A stretch of DNA of 64,000 bases from Eledone cirrhosa (taxonomy: Eukaryota): NCBI GenBank assembly GCA_964016885.1, contig OZ024744.1, forward strand, positions 38,440,001-38,504,000. The letters run 5' to 3'. Numbering within the stretch: position 1 is the first letter of the stretch; every line of letters starts with the position of its first letter. Positions 1 through 13,570 of the stretch are shown piece after piece. The notes beneath the pieces are model-generated. The model ran no database searches, was not told the origin of the DNA, and worked only from the letters and a program-made list of their open reading frames with translations. A program made the position numbers and the translations under genes.

Positions 1-2511
1 CCTCCATTGGAAGGGTGCTGACAGCAGACGGATCTCCTCACCAGTGGAGCCAAAGGAATTGGAAGAGCATGCGTTCCATCTTGGTGAGGTGTTCACGGGG
101 ACAAGGCACGACGGTCAAGCGGTAGTAGATGACGGACGCTATGAAAGTGTTCGCCACCTCCGCTCGACCTTTCAAGGATAGTTTGCACTCTGCCCACTTC
201 TGGGTGAGCGCAAATACCTTGGCCGCGACCTCGTACCAGTTTTTCTCCACCTGGATGTCTGGACCGAACCAGACCCCAAGCAATTTCACCGGTCCGTCCG
301 TCCAGCGTCCGACGAGGCTGTCGGACGGCATCGGTTTGCCTCTCCACGTTCCGAGTTGCAAACCGACAGACTTGTCCGGGTTCAGTTTTGCTCCTGTGAG
401 CCTTTCGTATTCCTGCAGTAAGTTGCCGATCGCCTCGATATCCCAGGTTTCCGACACCATTATTGTTTTGTTCGTCGGCATAAGCCGACGCCGCTTTCCG
501 CAGTCACAGTTCCAATAGGATGCCCTGCAGCAGCCCCAACTTCCGCAGTAGTGGCTCTAGAGTCAGTACGTACAAAATGGAGGAGGAAGAGTATCCCTGT
601 CGGATGGAACGCGTGATTGCGAACGGCTCCGATAGGTAGCCGTTCACCTTGACCATCGAGCAGATGTCGGTGTGCATTGCAGCGATCCAGCCTCTGAAGA
701 CGGGTCTGAAACATTGGGAACCGCTTCCAAGTATCGATGGTCGAACATATCGAACGCCTTAGACTGATCTAAATTGATCAGATCCCCACCGAAGCCGCGT
801 TTACACCCCACCATCTCTATGATGTATCGCATGAGGTGGAGGTGGTTGGCATTGCACACGTTTGCGCTTTCCCTACCAGTTTCTCGACGACAAGCGCCAC
901 CCTCTTTGCCAACACCTTGGCCAAAATCTTTAACTCTGAGTTGAGCAAAGTTATGGGCCTAAAGTTGCTTAGTTCCACCCCCTTGTTCTCGTCTTTCCTG
1001 ATCAGCGTTACTACGCCCCTGCCTGCAGAACTAGGAATTCTCCCGTTCTGCTGCCATTTGCAGTAGACGGCCTCGAGGACGCCAGAGAACAAGTCCGGCA
1101 TGCCTATGTAAAGCTCATAGGGTCGACCATCTAGACCGGGTGATTTGCGTTTCAAGCAGCGGCCTAGAGTGTCCCGCATCTCTGTGTCTGTGATCGGTCT
1201 TTCGCAGAACTCGGCGTCCATGCTCGAGAGAGGCGGCAGTCCGTTGAGGTATAAACCGAAATCCATTTCCCCGTTCGACGCACCGCCACTCTGTTCGAAC
1301 AGTTGCGCAAAATGCCGCTGAAAGGCCGCACACATCCGCTTGGGGTCAAGTGGCACGCGTCCGTTTTGGTCTTTCAAAGACCGGATCGTGGACTTTTTGC
1401 CACTTTTTGCCTCTGCCACTCGGGCCCAGCTAACAGCTTTCGCTCCCTCGTTTCCTAAAGCACGTGATTTACTTCTGACTACGAAGCCTTCGTGTTTCGC
1501 GTCGAAGAACTGATCTAGTGTCGTTCTGGATGCTAGCACTCTAGCTGCGTTGCCATTCCTAAGCGCCTCCTCTACCTTGGTTACTAGTTCCGTTTCTGTT
1601 TTGTTTTTCTCTAAGGCTAACTCTCTGCTAAAGTCTATCGACTCTACTTTAATTGCTTTCTTGAGAGAGTACCACCATCTATTGTTGACGATGGTTCGCG
1701 TCAATTGTTGCTTAACTAATCTACTTATCAGTTCACTCTAGGCTTTACGTGTCAGTAGCCACACGTTCAGCTTCCAGTATCCGGGCCCTTGTCTATGTAT
1801 TATATCACGGTTGACTATGCAGATGACTAGTTGTGGTCTGAATAGGCAACCATGTGCATTTGTGGACAGCTTAACATCTTGTCTCTCTCTCTAATAAAGA
1901 ACCTGTCTAAATACGATCTAGATGTCCCGCTGCGGTTTGTCCACGTCCACTGTGGTACAGTTGGAAAATCTAGTCGATACCTATCGGCCAGCTGGAATTG
2001 GCCGATTAAAGTTTTGAGGCTGTTACACCCCTCTCTACTGGGACATGCTCCCACATAGTCCCATCGTGCGTCTAGGATACCATTCCAGTCCCCCACTAAA
2101 AGCAAGGAGCGAGATGTTCCCAGAAAACACTCTATACGCTTATGGAAGTCTGGATACGATTGCCCAGTCGGGGCATAAACGGCCACCAGTCTCAAGGCTC
2201 CACCTCCAACACTGTTCACGTCTAGGACTACCAGTCTACCTCCGGATCCAAGTGTATTTGCTGTACTTCGACGTCCAGGTTTTTCCGAAACATGACAGGC
2301 ACTCCCCCCCCCCCCGCCCCCTGGCTGACAGAGAGATACGTAGATCTCAAAGTCATTGAAGTTGGGGGTTAGTTGCTGCTTGTTGTGGATCCTGGACTCG
2401 GTGATGTATATTACATCCATACTGTGTGACCTAAGGTCGTTTAAAATTTGGCCGTTTCCCGGGCATCCCTAGGCCACGCACATTCACGCTTCCAACTCGT
2501 AAGTCAGTCAT
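1..2511 (-). pseudogene. L1-Tx1 LINE copy A, degraded ORF2 (APE endonuclease + reverse transcriptase), runs off the window start
   Basis: Frameshifted ORF pieces 1827-2420 (APE: VAVYAP, VGDWNG, SYLDRF, YSDH), 817-1704 (KSPGLDG, NFRPITLLNSELKILAK), 644-859 (DQSKAFD) and 38-481. All align by eye to the intact Tx1 ORF2 at 59504-62913. Confidence 0.93.
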
Positions 2512-2553
2512 GTTGGTGGAGAAGAGTTGGCGAAAAAGGACGAAAAGATGCAC

Positions 2554-3325
2554 TTACCTTTTCGTTTCCTGGAGATCGGGTTGTTCAATCTCCATTTGGG
2601 TGCTGGTGGGGGTGTTGAGTGGGGTGGGGAAACATTTTAATAGGACGCGGTTAATGGGCTTTTGACAGGGGTTGCCCTGCGAAAATTGTTCTTTTAATTT
2701 TTGATAGGTTTCTATCGAAACCCTTATCAATTTTCGGTGTGGTTGAGAGCCTGCCTTGACAAAAGTTTCCCCCTCAGTTTCTACTTTGGGGTCTTGGGAG
2801 ATGACCTCCATTAGGTTTTTGTTGTTTGTGTTAATGTATGTGTATTGTTGTTTGTTTTTTTTGTTGTGTTGTTTTTGTTTGTTGTTCATTTTGTTATTTT
2901 CTTTTTATGGTGGGCATTTGTGTTTGGGGTGGTGTTGGTGTTTGTTTTGCTGGTAGGAGGGAGGGGGGGTTGATTGTAGTGGTGTTTGTGTTGTTGTTTG
3001 TGTTGGTGGTTGTGTGTTCGTGTTGGTGATTGTTGTTTTTGTGGCTTTGTGGTGTCTCTTTTTTTGTTTTGTTTTTTATTTCCGAGGCTCTCCTTCATCA
3101 CATGGCGATGGAGAAGTAGCCTCGTCTGGTGAGGAATTGTCATCATGGGCGTGTGGGAGGGGTATGTTGTGTGGTGATGATGTGTTTGTGTGTGTGATTG
3201 TGGTAGTGTTGGATGGAGTGGGATGGGGTGGGACTGTGATTTTCAGGGGAATTGTTTGTGTTTTTCTGTTGTTTGTGGTTGAATAGTTGTTTGTTTTTGT
3301 GTGTTTGGTTGTTTTGTGTGTTTTT
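2554..3325 (-). pseudogene. L1-Tx1 copy A, ORF1 C-terminal low-complexity part
   Basis: N/Q/T/K-rich region ending in IRVSIETYQKLKEQF, similar to ITRITQKTYMTLKQKF of the ORF1 at 62948-63409; stop lies about 42 nt upstream of the ORF2 ATG. Confidence 0.75.
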
Positions 3326-6300
3326 GTTGTGTTGTTGTTGTTGTTGTTGTTGATTCACCTCAGGCGCCTGAGGATACTCCTCAGAAGCGCTAGAGATTCG
3401 ACTGGGAGAGGGACTAATTCCTCTAAGGAGGTGCCGAGTTGGTGATGGTATTTCTCGATCGCCAATGCAGGGCATCGTAGCCAGAGGTGTTCAGACTCCT
3501 CCTCTTCACCGCAGAGTCTGCAAGTGCTGTCTTCACATCTGTCAGTCAGTAGCTGCCACCTGCGAAGTGCTGGATGGTGCCCACTTCTGAAGCGGATAAG
3601 GTGTGTGAGATCAGCCTTGTCTATAGCGTTTTCGACTCTCTCGTCCGGCGGTTTGCTGAAGGGTTGGATAGTTCTTTCGTGGGTGAAGGGTGCTGGTCTA
3701 CACTCCCTTTTGATGAGAGCTTGTCTCGTGGCAGGGCAGCAGGGTTGTTAGGTTGTGGAAGTGAGGAGCCCTGCTTTGCAAGTTTGTCTGCTAATTCATT
3801 CCCTTGTAGATTACAGTGACCAGGGACCCATACAACAGTTAGGTTTTTGTTTTCTCCGAGGTTGTTAACTGCTGCCTGGAATTCTGTTATAGGGGATCTT
3901 TGGTGGACAGAGTTGTCGATTGCCTAAACTAGAGATTTACAGTCGCAGATGATGGTCGCCGAAGTCCATTTTGCGTTATTTGTTTGTAACCAGTGGATAG
4001 CTTCTCTAAGCGCAGCTTTTTCTGAGTGAAAGGAGCTACTGCTAGCACCTGTTGTTGTACGCCACTCGTGGAAGATATCACTATCTTTCATGATGACCAT
4101 ACCAGCTCCGCCATCTGTAGTACCTTCTTTTGTAGACCCATCGGTGTAGATTTGAAAATCTGACGGGGCGAGGGTTGATATGGTGTCTAAGGCTGCCGTC
4201 AGTTGTTGGTTTGCGTTTTGGGACTTTGAGATATTGGTGTAGATTACATGTATAGGGGGTCGCGTTAGCCATGAGGGAGGTTCTGGGTCTTTGGGTAGGG
4301 GTGTCGGGGGGATAAGATGTAGTCGTTCCAGGTGCTGGGATTGTGTGCCTCTCCAGTCTGTCTTTTTGAGCCTTTTTCGGCAGCTGGTATTGAAAACTTT
4401 GTGCCGTTCGTCCGTCTTTGGTAGGTTTGTCCAGTGATCAGCTTTAAGCAGTGCAAATGTCGAAAATCTGGAGGAGAGCGTAGGTAACTTGGATTCTGCT
4501 AGCACAGTATCGGTCGGCGTGGTTCTGACTTGGCCGGTTATGGCTCGAGCCACGTCTAGTTGTACTCTTTCGAGCTTGCCGATCTTGGTGGCAGACAGCC
4601 AGGGTGTCCACGCCAGGGCCGTATATTTTGCGATGCTTCGTTGTACGGCAGTGTAGATTTGACGAAGATCCGCCTTCTTCCAGCCCCACGTCGTTCCTGC
4701 TACAGTTTTTAGTAGGTTCGTTCTCGATTGGATAGTTCGACATACCTTCTCGACATGTTCCCCAAAGGTTAACTGCCGATCGTATGCAATGCCCAGGAAA
4801 TTTGGGAAAGGGTTGCAAAAAAGTTGCTTCCCGGCTATTGCTCCATCAAGACTGAAAAATGCTGTCTCGCATTTATTAATATTGAGCTGCAGTCTAGCTT
4901 CCTTGCTCCATTCAGATAGCTTGTCAACCTCTTTTTGTAGTAAGACGGCTACTTCATCTTTATTCCTTCCATTACACGCGATCGCCGGATCGTCTGCGTA
5001 GGCGCTGACGTGCGTAGATTCTTCAAATACATCTAGGAAGCTGTTTATGTAGACCGTGAAAAGGAAGGCCTTCTTTAAATACTCTGCTCCTACCTGTCGT
5101 TGAGTTAAGACGAACTCTCGCGGTGCGGTTTACGAACCATGTCGACAACCATTCAACAAAACGTAGGGGAACACCAAGCATCAGCATGCTCTGCAGTAGT
5201 CCAGTTCTCCAGACACGATCGTACGCCCTGCTAAAGTAAAAAAAGGTAACTAGAGTGCGTTTGCGCTGCGACGACTGGAACCCATCCGAGATGAATTGGG
5301 AGAGTTGGAGGCATTGATCGGTTGTACTGCGTCCTTTCCTGAAACCCGCCTGCCAGGGACTGAGAATCGAATGCTCCTCGAGTCACCATGACAGGCGGGT
5401 AGCAATCAGTCTTTCAAGTAGTTTTCCTATTGTTGAGGTCAGTGATATTGGGAGGTAGCTCCCTACTTCTGGTGGATCTTTGCCTTTTTGTGGAAAGGTA
5501 TGTTTGTCGCCGTGCGCCAAGACTGAGAGCACCAATTTTTCGTCCAACGATGGTTTAAAATTTGCAAAAGTTCAATTTGAATAGATTTGGTTAGATGTTT
5601 GAGAAGGTCTGGCGCTATTTCATCTGGACCTGCTGTTTTACGTGCTTTGATCTTTTTAATTGCAGCGTTGAGTTTATCCAGGGTGAAATCGGCTTCTATC
5701 CTTTGCCTGGGGGCAAGGAGCAGGTCTTTCATTTCTCTTTTCAATAGTCTTCCCGTAATTCTTGATTCTTTGTCGATCTTTATTCCACTTGTAGTGGCAT
5801 ACTCTCATACAAAAGCTGCAGCTTTCCCCCGGTCGCTGGCGTAGACAGTACCTTTATATGTCAAAGATTTCCCAGTTGACTTTGAAGCTTTGCCACATAA
5901 TGACTTTACCGTGGCCCATGCCTGCTTGGTGTCTTTCGTGTCTGAAATTTTTTGTAAGTGATTTCGCCACGCTTCCCTTTTTCATTTTTCTATGAGTCTT
6001 GCAATTTCTTTGCAGGTCTTCATCCATTCAGCACGGTTTCTTCCCATGTCACGCCACAATTTGTTACGTTTACGGATTAAGCTTTTGAGTTCTGGATTCA
6101 GCCAAGGTGTCTCCCGCGGACGGACGACTTTTTTAGGAGAACGAAGTTTGTTCAGTTATCTGAGATACTCCTTCACCGAGACACTTTTTGAAGGTGGACC
6201 AGTCAGCTTTCTCGTAGTTGCGGCGTATCTCGTTGCGGCGTTTGGTCCTTCCATTTTGAGATCGGCTCCCCAGGTAATTAGGATTGGTAGATGGTCTGAT

Positions 6301-8078
6301 GCGAGTTCGTTCATGGTTTCCCATGTGAATTGATCTGCGAGATTGGTATCTACGATGGTAAGATCTGGGGTACTCACACCTGCTCCTTGTTGGTATCGCG
6401 CCGTCCTTGTTGGCGAACCATCATTGAGCGTTGATTTTGCGTCATCTTCCAGCCAATTCATTATGGTCGCGCCTCTGGCATCTGGTCTGGCAAATTCGTC
6501 CCATGTTAAGTGATGGGCATTCAAATCGCCACAGATGAGACCATTTTCTGTAGGTTGGTGGTTGGCCCAATTTTGTTCATTGTCGGAGTGCGTGTAGTCC
6601 GACCTCTGCGGTGGAAAGTACACATTTGTGATAGGCAAATCTCGTCTGCTGTTCATGTGGATGATAACATTTTGTGACTCTAAAGGGCTTGTAGTCGGTG
6701 GAGAGGGAGGGTGCGGTATATTGGATACCTTGGCGTATATAGATCCTCAGACCACCACCTCTATGGTATTTTGTGCCGCTACCCGGTCGATCTTGTCTGA
6801 GGGAGTCATAACCATTTATATGCGGTGTCGGGTCTTCTAGTCCAAGTTTCGTTTCTTGAATCAAGGCGATATCAACACTGTGGGAGGTGATGAACTGCTT
6901 CAGTTCTGTAATCTTGGTCGGTAGGAAGCCTGCATTACATTGAAGAATCCGTAGTTGACGAATGGTATTTCTCGGTGGTTTAAATCGGTTTAAAGGCTGT
7001 GGGACAGTATTAGGAGGTGGAGCTAGGGAATTTTGTTGACATGTGACACAAATCCATTCACTTAGTTGGCGAAGACGGTAGAGCGTTGATCTTGTCTCTG
7101 GCGCACATTTGAGATGGAACGCGCGACTACAATATATACATACTAGTGGGGTTTTAGGGTGTCTAAGGGTTTTGCACAGGTATGGCAGGATTTATTTACA
7201 TGGGTAAGGGTGGGGCTTGAGATAGTGTTGGAAATGGCTAACGTCGCGCATTGGGTTTGGGTATTATGTATATGGGAGATGGCAATGTTCGTGTTTGGAG
7301 GGGAGGGGGGTCTAATAGGGTTGTATGTACATGGGCATTTAAAAGCGCGTCACTGTTTTGCTGGGAGCGCTGTTCAGTATGTACAGTCTGTAAAATGTTT
7401 TTATTTGTACAGTCTAATTGTGTTTGTGCAGGTGTTGTGTCTGTAAGTGTGGTGTTGGTTGGTATGTTAGTGTGTGAGGGGGGGGGGGGGGGGGTAAGAA
7501 GTATTTGTACAAGATGAACAATGCCAAGAGGGGTTTAGTATATACCTCGAAAAGCCCGTATACCGTTTATGAGCAGAGTTAGGACATGTAGAACAAAAGA
7601 GTGGGGTGTTGTCTGAACGAATTTTTACATGGCAGATTTGACATCGGCGAATGGAGATCGCTGCAGGACGGATGGTAGGCACGACATTATTCCCCCGACA
7701 GAAGCCACACACGAAGCCTTGAGGACTCTTTTTCTGTATTCGAGTCAGACCGCTGCAGACCCTGTGGAAGATACGTCGGTAAGTCGAACAGGAAATGGGC
7801 ACGAACTCTTGTCGGATCGTCCTGGAACATCCCATGCAGGATGGGCTAGGGTTCAACTCGACATCACCCGCCATGAGAAGTAATTTCCGGATATGTAGGG
7901 CGGGTCTTACAGCTCCAGCTGTCGAGAAAAAAGAAAAAAAACTCGATCTCTCCCACGTTGCATCTCTGGGTGTATACAGATCCGAATTTGACGGATATCC
8001 TTTCGGGCACACCGAACGTCCACGAAGGCCGCCACACGAGTAGGTTCCGGGTTCCGGTTTGTGCTCTGTCACCACAGG
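3326..8078 (-). mobile_element. Ingi-like (I-group) non-LTR retrotransposon, full length but decayed: 2A-like, PHD fingers, APE, RT, RNase H, C-terminal zinc motif, (CAA)n tail
   Basis: LLLMAGDVELNPSP at ~7842-7883; Cys/His PHD-like arrays at 7040-7840; APE motifs (IQETKL, ICGDLNAHH, SDHLPI); RT (AGPDEI, SAYADD near 4990-5010); RNase H (IYTDGS, ICDCKS, WVPGHCNLQGNELADKLAK); (AAC)n tail at ~3326-3352. Confidence 0.85.
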
Positions 8079-9370
8079 TGTTATTGTCAATACTGTCGCC
8101 GCTGTTGCTACTTCTATTGTTGTTAAATGCATCAACATCATCCACTTCTCGACCGCTGCTTGATGACGAAGAGAACGAAATGGTCTTCGCCTGACATTTA
8201 CTGTGTGACGATGACGAAAAGGAAAAGGAAAAGGACGAAAAGGAAAGCGAGACTCGTCGCTGACAGCTGGATTATTATTGTGGAGGTATACACGTCGCAG
8301 GAATTTTGGTTCCCGTAAGTTTGCGATTTTTGTACAGAACAATTGCGAACGTATTTTAAAAAACTTATATTGTTTGGTTTCTAAACACCCTCCGCTTCTC
8401 TTGAAGTGGTCGAAATTAATTGTCATTTAGCCTTCCTGGGCGAAATTCCAATTTGAACTTTGAACTTAGCAAATACGCCCCCCAAGAAAAATGGCGTCAT
8501 TCAAAAAACGCATCTCTCTGCTATGTATACACTGCTGTTCCCGTCGTCGTCGCCGTCGTTGTTGCTGCTGCGTTCGATATAATGTTGGAACTGGTAGGAT
8601 ATGTGTTGTTGTTTTGGAGTTGGTGTTGGTAAAAGTACTTTTGGGGGGAGGGGTTGTCCGTAAGAGGGGACATGAGACCTTTAAATGCGACGTGCTTCCG
8701 CATTTAAAACAATGTGACCTCCCACCTTCGGGCGAAATCTGTATATAGTTTGTATTGTCTACTGACACCCTTTCTGGTATCTTGGAAATTCTGTCCGGTT
8801 TCATTTGGACCAAAATTTCCAAGCTTGTGCCGTTCCAGGTGTTTCTTGTGGATTTTTGAATCGGCAGTATTGTGTCTTCATCTTCGTCCAAGAAACCTGC
8901 CAGAATCCATCAGATGTTAATGTTGGGTGGTATATTGGTGATGTTTATTCTTTGTGTTCTTTTCCCCATGTATGTAGGGGAAAAGGTGTGTATGGCAGAG
9001 GTGACCGGGGTCACTGAGTATTTTTTCGCAATGGCCTCACTTTTGAAGAGCACCGGAATGCTTCTACATAGTTTTGCCCTTTGTATGAATTGTATGTCTG
9101 GCATTGCCTCTTTCAAGACGCTTTCAATTTCACCTTGAGTAAGGAAAGCCGATTTTTTGGGGGGTTTATTCAAAATCGTGCGAAAAATCATAGTCCTTCG
9201 CATTGTGTTGGCCCTTATTTGTGGCGGAGAGGTTATTTTAAATGCCCCTTTTTCCTCGAAGGTAATATTATTTTTTTTCCTTCATTGATCATTTCCTTCG
9301 CATTGAAAATATCAATATTTGTAAAAGTTCCTTTGCTTATTGTGGCAAAAGATTTTTATGGATAGATAGT
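8079..9370 (-). pseudogene. L1-Tx1 ORF1 N-terminal part with CCHC zinc knuckle (probably copy A, split by the Ingi-like insertion)
   Basis: KSFATISKG near the start; LEILVQ..IPERV...EGGRSHCFKCGSTSHLKVSCP matches ELLIQ..IPEVI...EGRRPRCVVCGEGTHLRAFCP at 63845-64000. Confidence 0.8.
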
Positions 9371-9574
9371 CAGACAGACGGAAAAGCACACAAGCAAACA
9401 TACAAACAAGAAGTACATTGAAAGGAGATTAAATTGGCATTTCTATTTCTTATCTCTTTTTCATTTTTATTTTATATTTATAATTTTTTTACAGGTGAGA
9501 AAATTTAATATGTCTTGATTGCTTTCGCATTACAGAAGTAGCTAAACAAGATCTTTCAGTGAGATCAGAATGTG

Positions 9575-9609
<35 letters not shown>

Positions 9610-9671
9610 ATGTGCATATATATATATACGCACACACACGTATAATATGTATATGCATGTATATATATGTA

Positions 9672-9702
<31 letters not shown>

Positions 9703-10100
9703 ATATATGTATATGTGTGTTTGTATGTATGTGTGTGTATATGTATATATATATATATATTGGTATGTGTGTTTGTGTAGATTCTTTTAGTGTTTGTTAT
9801 TATTATTCATCAGAAGAAGTAGGTGTGTACAACTGTGCTGTACAAGAAAGCGGCAAGTGGGAGATAAGTAGCATGACGACGTCAAACCCAAATAAATAAA
9901 TAAAGAAATAAATATTAAGAAATGTCCGACAAACACGAGAGAAAGAAAGACAGAAAAAAGAAAGAAATAAAGAGAGAAAGAAAGAAAGAGAGAGACATAA
10001 AATGTATAAATGACAAAAGATTACGTATGTTTAATTTTTGACAAGAGTGTATTTGTCACCAATGTATATAAGGATATAATACTCGGTAGGATGAGTAAAT

Positions 10101-10270
10101 ATAATTGTTTCTACTTTTGGCACAAGGCCAGAAATTATCCCAGTACATTACTAGTACTTTATTTTATCGACCCCGTAAGAATGAAAGGCAAAGTTAACGT
10201 CGGTGGGATGTGAACCCAGAACGTAAAGGGCCGTAACTTCTATGCTGCAAAGCATAGTGTATCTGTTTGA
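10101..10270 (-). mobile_element. tRNA-derived SINE family 1 copy
   Basis: Shares CTTTGCCTTTCAT..TTACGGGGTCGATAAAATAAAGTAC core and GGCCTTGTGCCAAAAGTAGAAACAATTAT tail with more than 10 other copies in the window. Confidence 0.8.
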
Positions 10271-10504
10271 TTTAAGCGAGAGAGTGAGAGAGTGAGTGAG
10301 AGAGAGAATGGGAGGAAGAGGGAGTGGAATGGGTAGAGGGTGGGGATAAGAAGAGAAATAGCTGAAACGAAGCCATGTACGTCTCTGTGAGATTTGGTTT
10401 GGTTTGGTTTGCTATAAATAATATCAATCCAATCTTACTGAGCATACACACAGACACACACACACATACATGTATATATAATATATATACTGTATATATA
10501 TATA

Positions 10505-10576
<72 letters not shown>

Positions 10577-10650
10577 ATTTAGAGTTTACACTCAAGGGGT
10601 CATTTACAATTATCTTAGATCTAAGAAAGAAGCATTTCTGAGCAGTACAA

Positions 10651-10947
<297 letters not shown>

Positions 10948-10948
10948 T

Positions 10949-11340
10949 GAGTCAGAACCCCGGCTTTTGCAGTTTCAACAGCTAGGTCCTGGAACTAGGT
11001 TTTGAAATCGCAAAAGCTCAGCCGTCGGGGTCCTGACTCTTTCTTATAATCATACTCTACTACACCTAGTATTGAGTACTCTGTTGAGGAACGGTCTCGC
11101 TAGTTTATTACTGAATTCATCTTGATTTATATATATATATATACCAAAGGAATTGTGGTAAGGAACCATTAGGACCATAACGCACCAGAGTACTCAATAC
11201 TTAGGGTAGTAGAGTGGGAAATAGGAAAAAGTATGACACCGACGACAGAGCTCAAGTCGTTTCGACGGCTATTTCCGGACTCAGTCCAGAAATAGCCGTC
11301 GAAACGGCTTGAGCTCTGCCGTCGGGGTAATATGTTTCCT
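10949..11340. mobile_element. Two short fold-back remnants of Penelope family 1-like pLTR ends
   Basis: Homology to 32600-32740 (CTCTACTAC..AGTATTGAGTACT; TAGCCGTCGAAACGGCTTGAGCTC); palindromic junction at ~11245-11320; bounded by (TA)n and (GA)n. Confidence 0.7.
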
Positions 11341-11366
11341 ATATATATATATATATATAAACACAC

Positions 11367-11460
11367 AGGGTGTCCAAAAAATATATACACGCTTTGATTA
11401 CCTGTACAGGCAATATTTATTAGAATGCTTTTCAAGTGCGTATACATTTTGGACACACAC
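11367..11460. mobile_element. Tiny Tc1/mariner-type MITE remnant
   Basis: Imperfect terminal inverted repeats CAGGGTGTCCAAAAAATATATACAC / GCGTATACATTTTGGACAC. Confidence 0.5.
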
Positions 11461-11623
11461 ACATGCACTTATATATATAAATCAAGATGAATTCAGTAAG
11501 AAACTAACGAGACCATTATATATATGAGATGTCAACATGAATGAACCTGTTATTTTTATCTAAAGACATTTTTTCCAATCCCCCCCCCCCCCCTCCCCCC
11601 AATCTACTTTATTTCTCATTCTT

Positions 11624-11659
11624 TCTTCTGGTGAAGGACTAGCGTCCGAAACGTTAAGA
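11624..11659 (+). ncRNA. Minimal type I hammerhead ribozyme, PLE-type, core decayed (A6G)
   Basis: TCTT-CTGGTGA-A-GGAC tagc GTCC-GAAA-CG-TT-AAGA; palindromic AACGTT stem III. Downstream sequence recurs at 48247-48428. Confidence 0.6.
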
Positions 11660-12829
11660 CCCCTTTCCAGCTATTTCAAGCGTTAACCTAATATATACCT
11701 TCCATATACTGTACCAATTGTGTTGTTATTTCTGTTTACATTTTACATACATATATATATATAATATGTGTGTGTGTGCGTGTGACTGTGTGTGTGTATG
11801 TGCATGTGTGTGTGTGCGTGTGTGTGTGTGTGTGCGTGTGTGTATGTGCCTGTGTGTGTATTTGTGTGTGGGTGCGCATTCAAGTATTTATGTCCTCAAT
11901 ATGTGTGACTATCCTGTCTGTTCTATTTATTTTTTCTGGCATTGTGTATCTAGTACTACATTATTATAAACGAGTCCTTCCTCTTTTTTAAAAGGTTTGT
12001 TAAATGTGTTTATTTATTACTTTTTTTTGCAACTCTCGACAAAAAAAAAGAAAAGAAAATCATTGAATAGCTAAGGTATAATGGCCTTTTTTTAATTTTT
12101 TATTGGTTAATCTATTTCTTTGTTGGTCATTTGGTTAGTTGATTGGTAGATCGAACAATCGATTTACTATGGGACTATATGTCTACCATATCTTCTATAG
12201 TAAAATCTGGACAAGAAAAATATATGTATTACAAACAATACCAATCAAATCTCCTCTTCTCTCTCTCTCTCCCTCCCTCTCTCTCTCTCACACACACATA
12301 CACACACACACATACACCCACACATACACACACATATATACAGACACACAGATACACATGCATATACTTATATTCTTTACACCATGTGACATAATGCGGC
12401 TCCTTCGACTCCACTATGACTTTACGACCTATGGAAGGATAGACCTAACAACAACCTTCATGACGAACATTTTCCTTTAATCAAATCAATGAAAATCTCA
12501 ATAGCACAACTCTTTTCAATCTGAGTTCAAATCACACTGAAGTCACTTTGTGATTGCTCTGAATTCGAAAAAATAAGTACCTGCAATATATTGGTTTTTA
12601 ACATCGGCACACCGTCACGCGCTTTATGGTAGGTTTTTAATCAGTTTAGAGAAGGTTGAAATCAATTCATGTATTCGGCTGCTATTCTATTTTATCGATC
12701 CTAAAATGTAGAAGACAAAATTGACCTCGACGGGATTTGAACTCAGTGTAAAAATGTCGCAAACAAACATTGGTTTCTAACATTGGCTTTGGCACACGAT
12801 GACGTATGTAACATGGGATATATAATCGA

Positions 12830-12860
<31 letters not shown>

Positions 12861-13164
12861 TTTGCTGGACCGGCATTCACTCTATTTAATCAGCTCTTAA
12901 ATATTACTGGAATTCTTGAAGAACCTAACTTCTATAAACCTCGTCAGAAGCAAGAGAGTGTGTAGTCTTGATAAACGCTAACAAGCGAGAAACAGCTGTC
13001 GCTTACTCTTCTTTGCTTTTGCTGAGAATAAGTAAGTGACATAGTCACTACTTTAAATCTCATAGTGAATGGTCTTCTAAATGTTTTGTAATTAAATATA
13101 CAGTATATTGGCTAATATACTATACATACATTCAGGTATACATCGCTATTTCAGAGCACCTATA

Positions 13165-13302
<138 letters not shown>

Positions 13303-13570
13303 CAAATGTAGCAAATGTAGCAAATGTAGCAAATGTAGAATTTTATATAAAATGCTTGAAGGAGAGTAGAGAATTATATATAATGGTATATAATTGCCAC
13401 ATTTGGTGGTATGTATGTTGATGTGTGCAGACATCGAGACATACAATTCTAGATATATGAATCTATAGGGGCATAGATGAATATATACAAGACATTTTCC
13501 TCTGCCGGTAATATAAACTCTTCACATTATAGTGAAACATGGTTCTATTTTGAACGTGTTTCGATGTTTA

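Noticed and set aside
7950-8078. HDV-like ribozyme at the Ingi-like 5' end
   Set aside because: Expected from L1Tc/Ingi, and the region is GC-rich, but I could not build a P1/P3/P1.1 pseudoknot by eye; it needs a consensus and a descriptor search.
7467-8426. Single 319-aa host PHD protein
   Set aside because: The ORF crosses the Tx1/Ingi junction at ~8078; it is a chance read-through of two elements.
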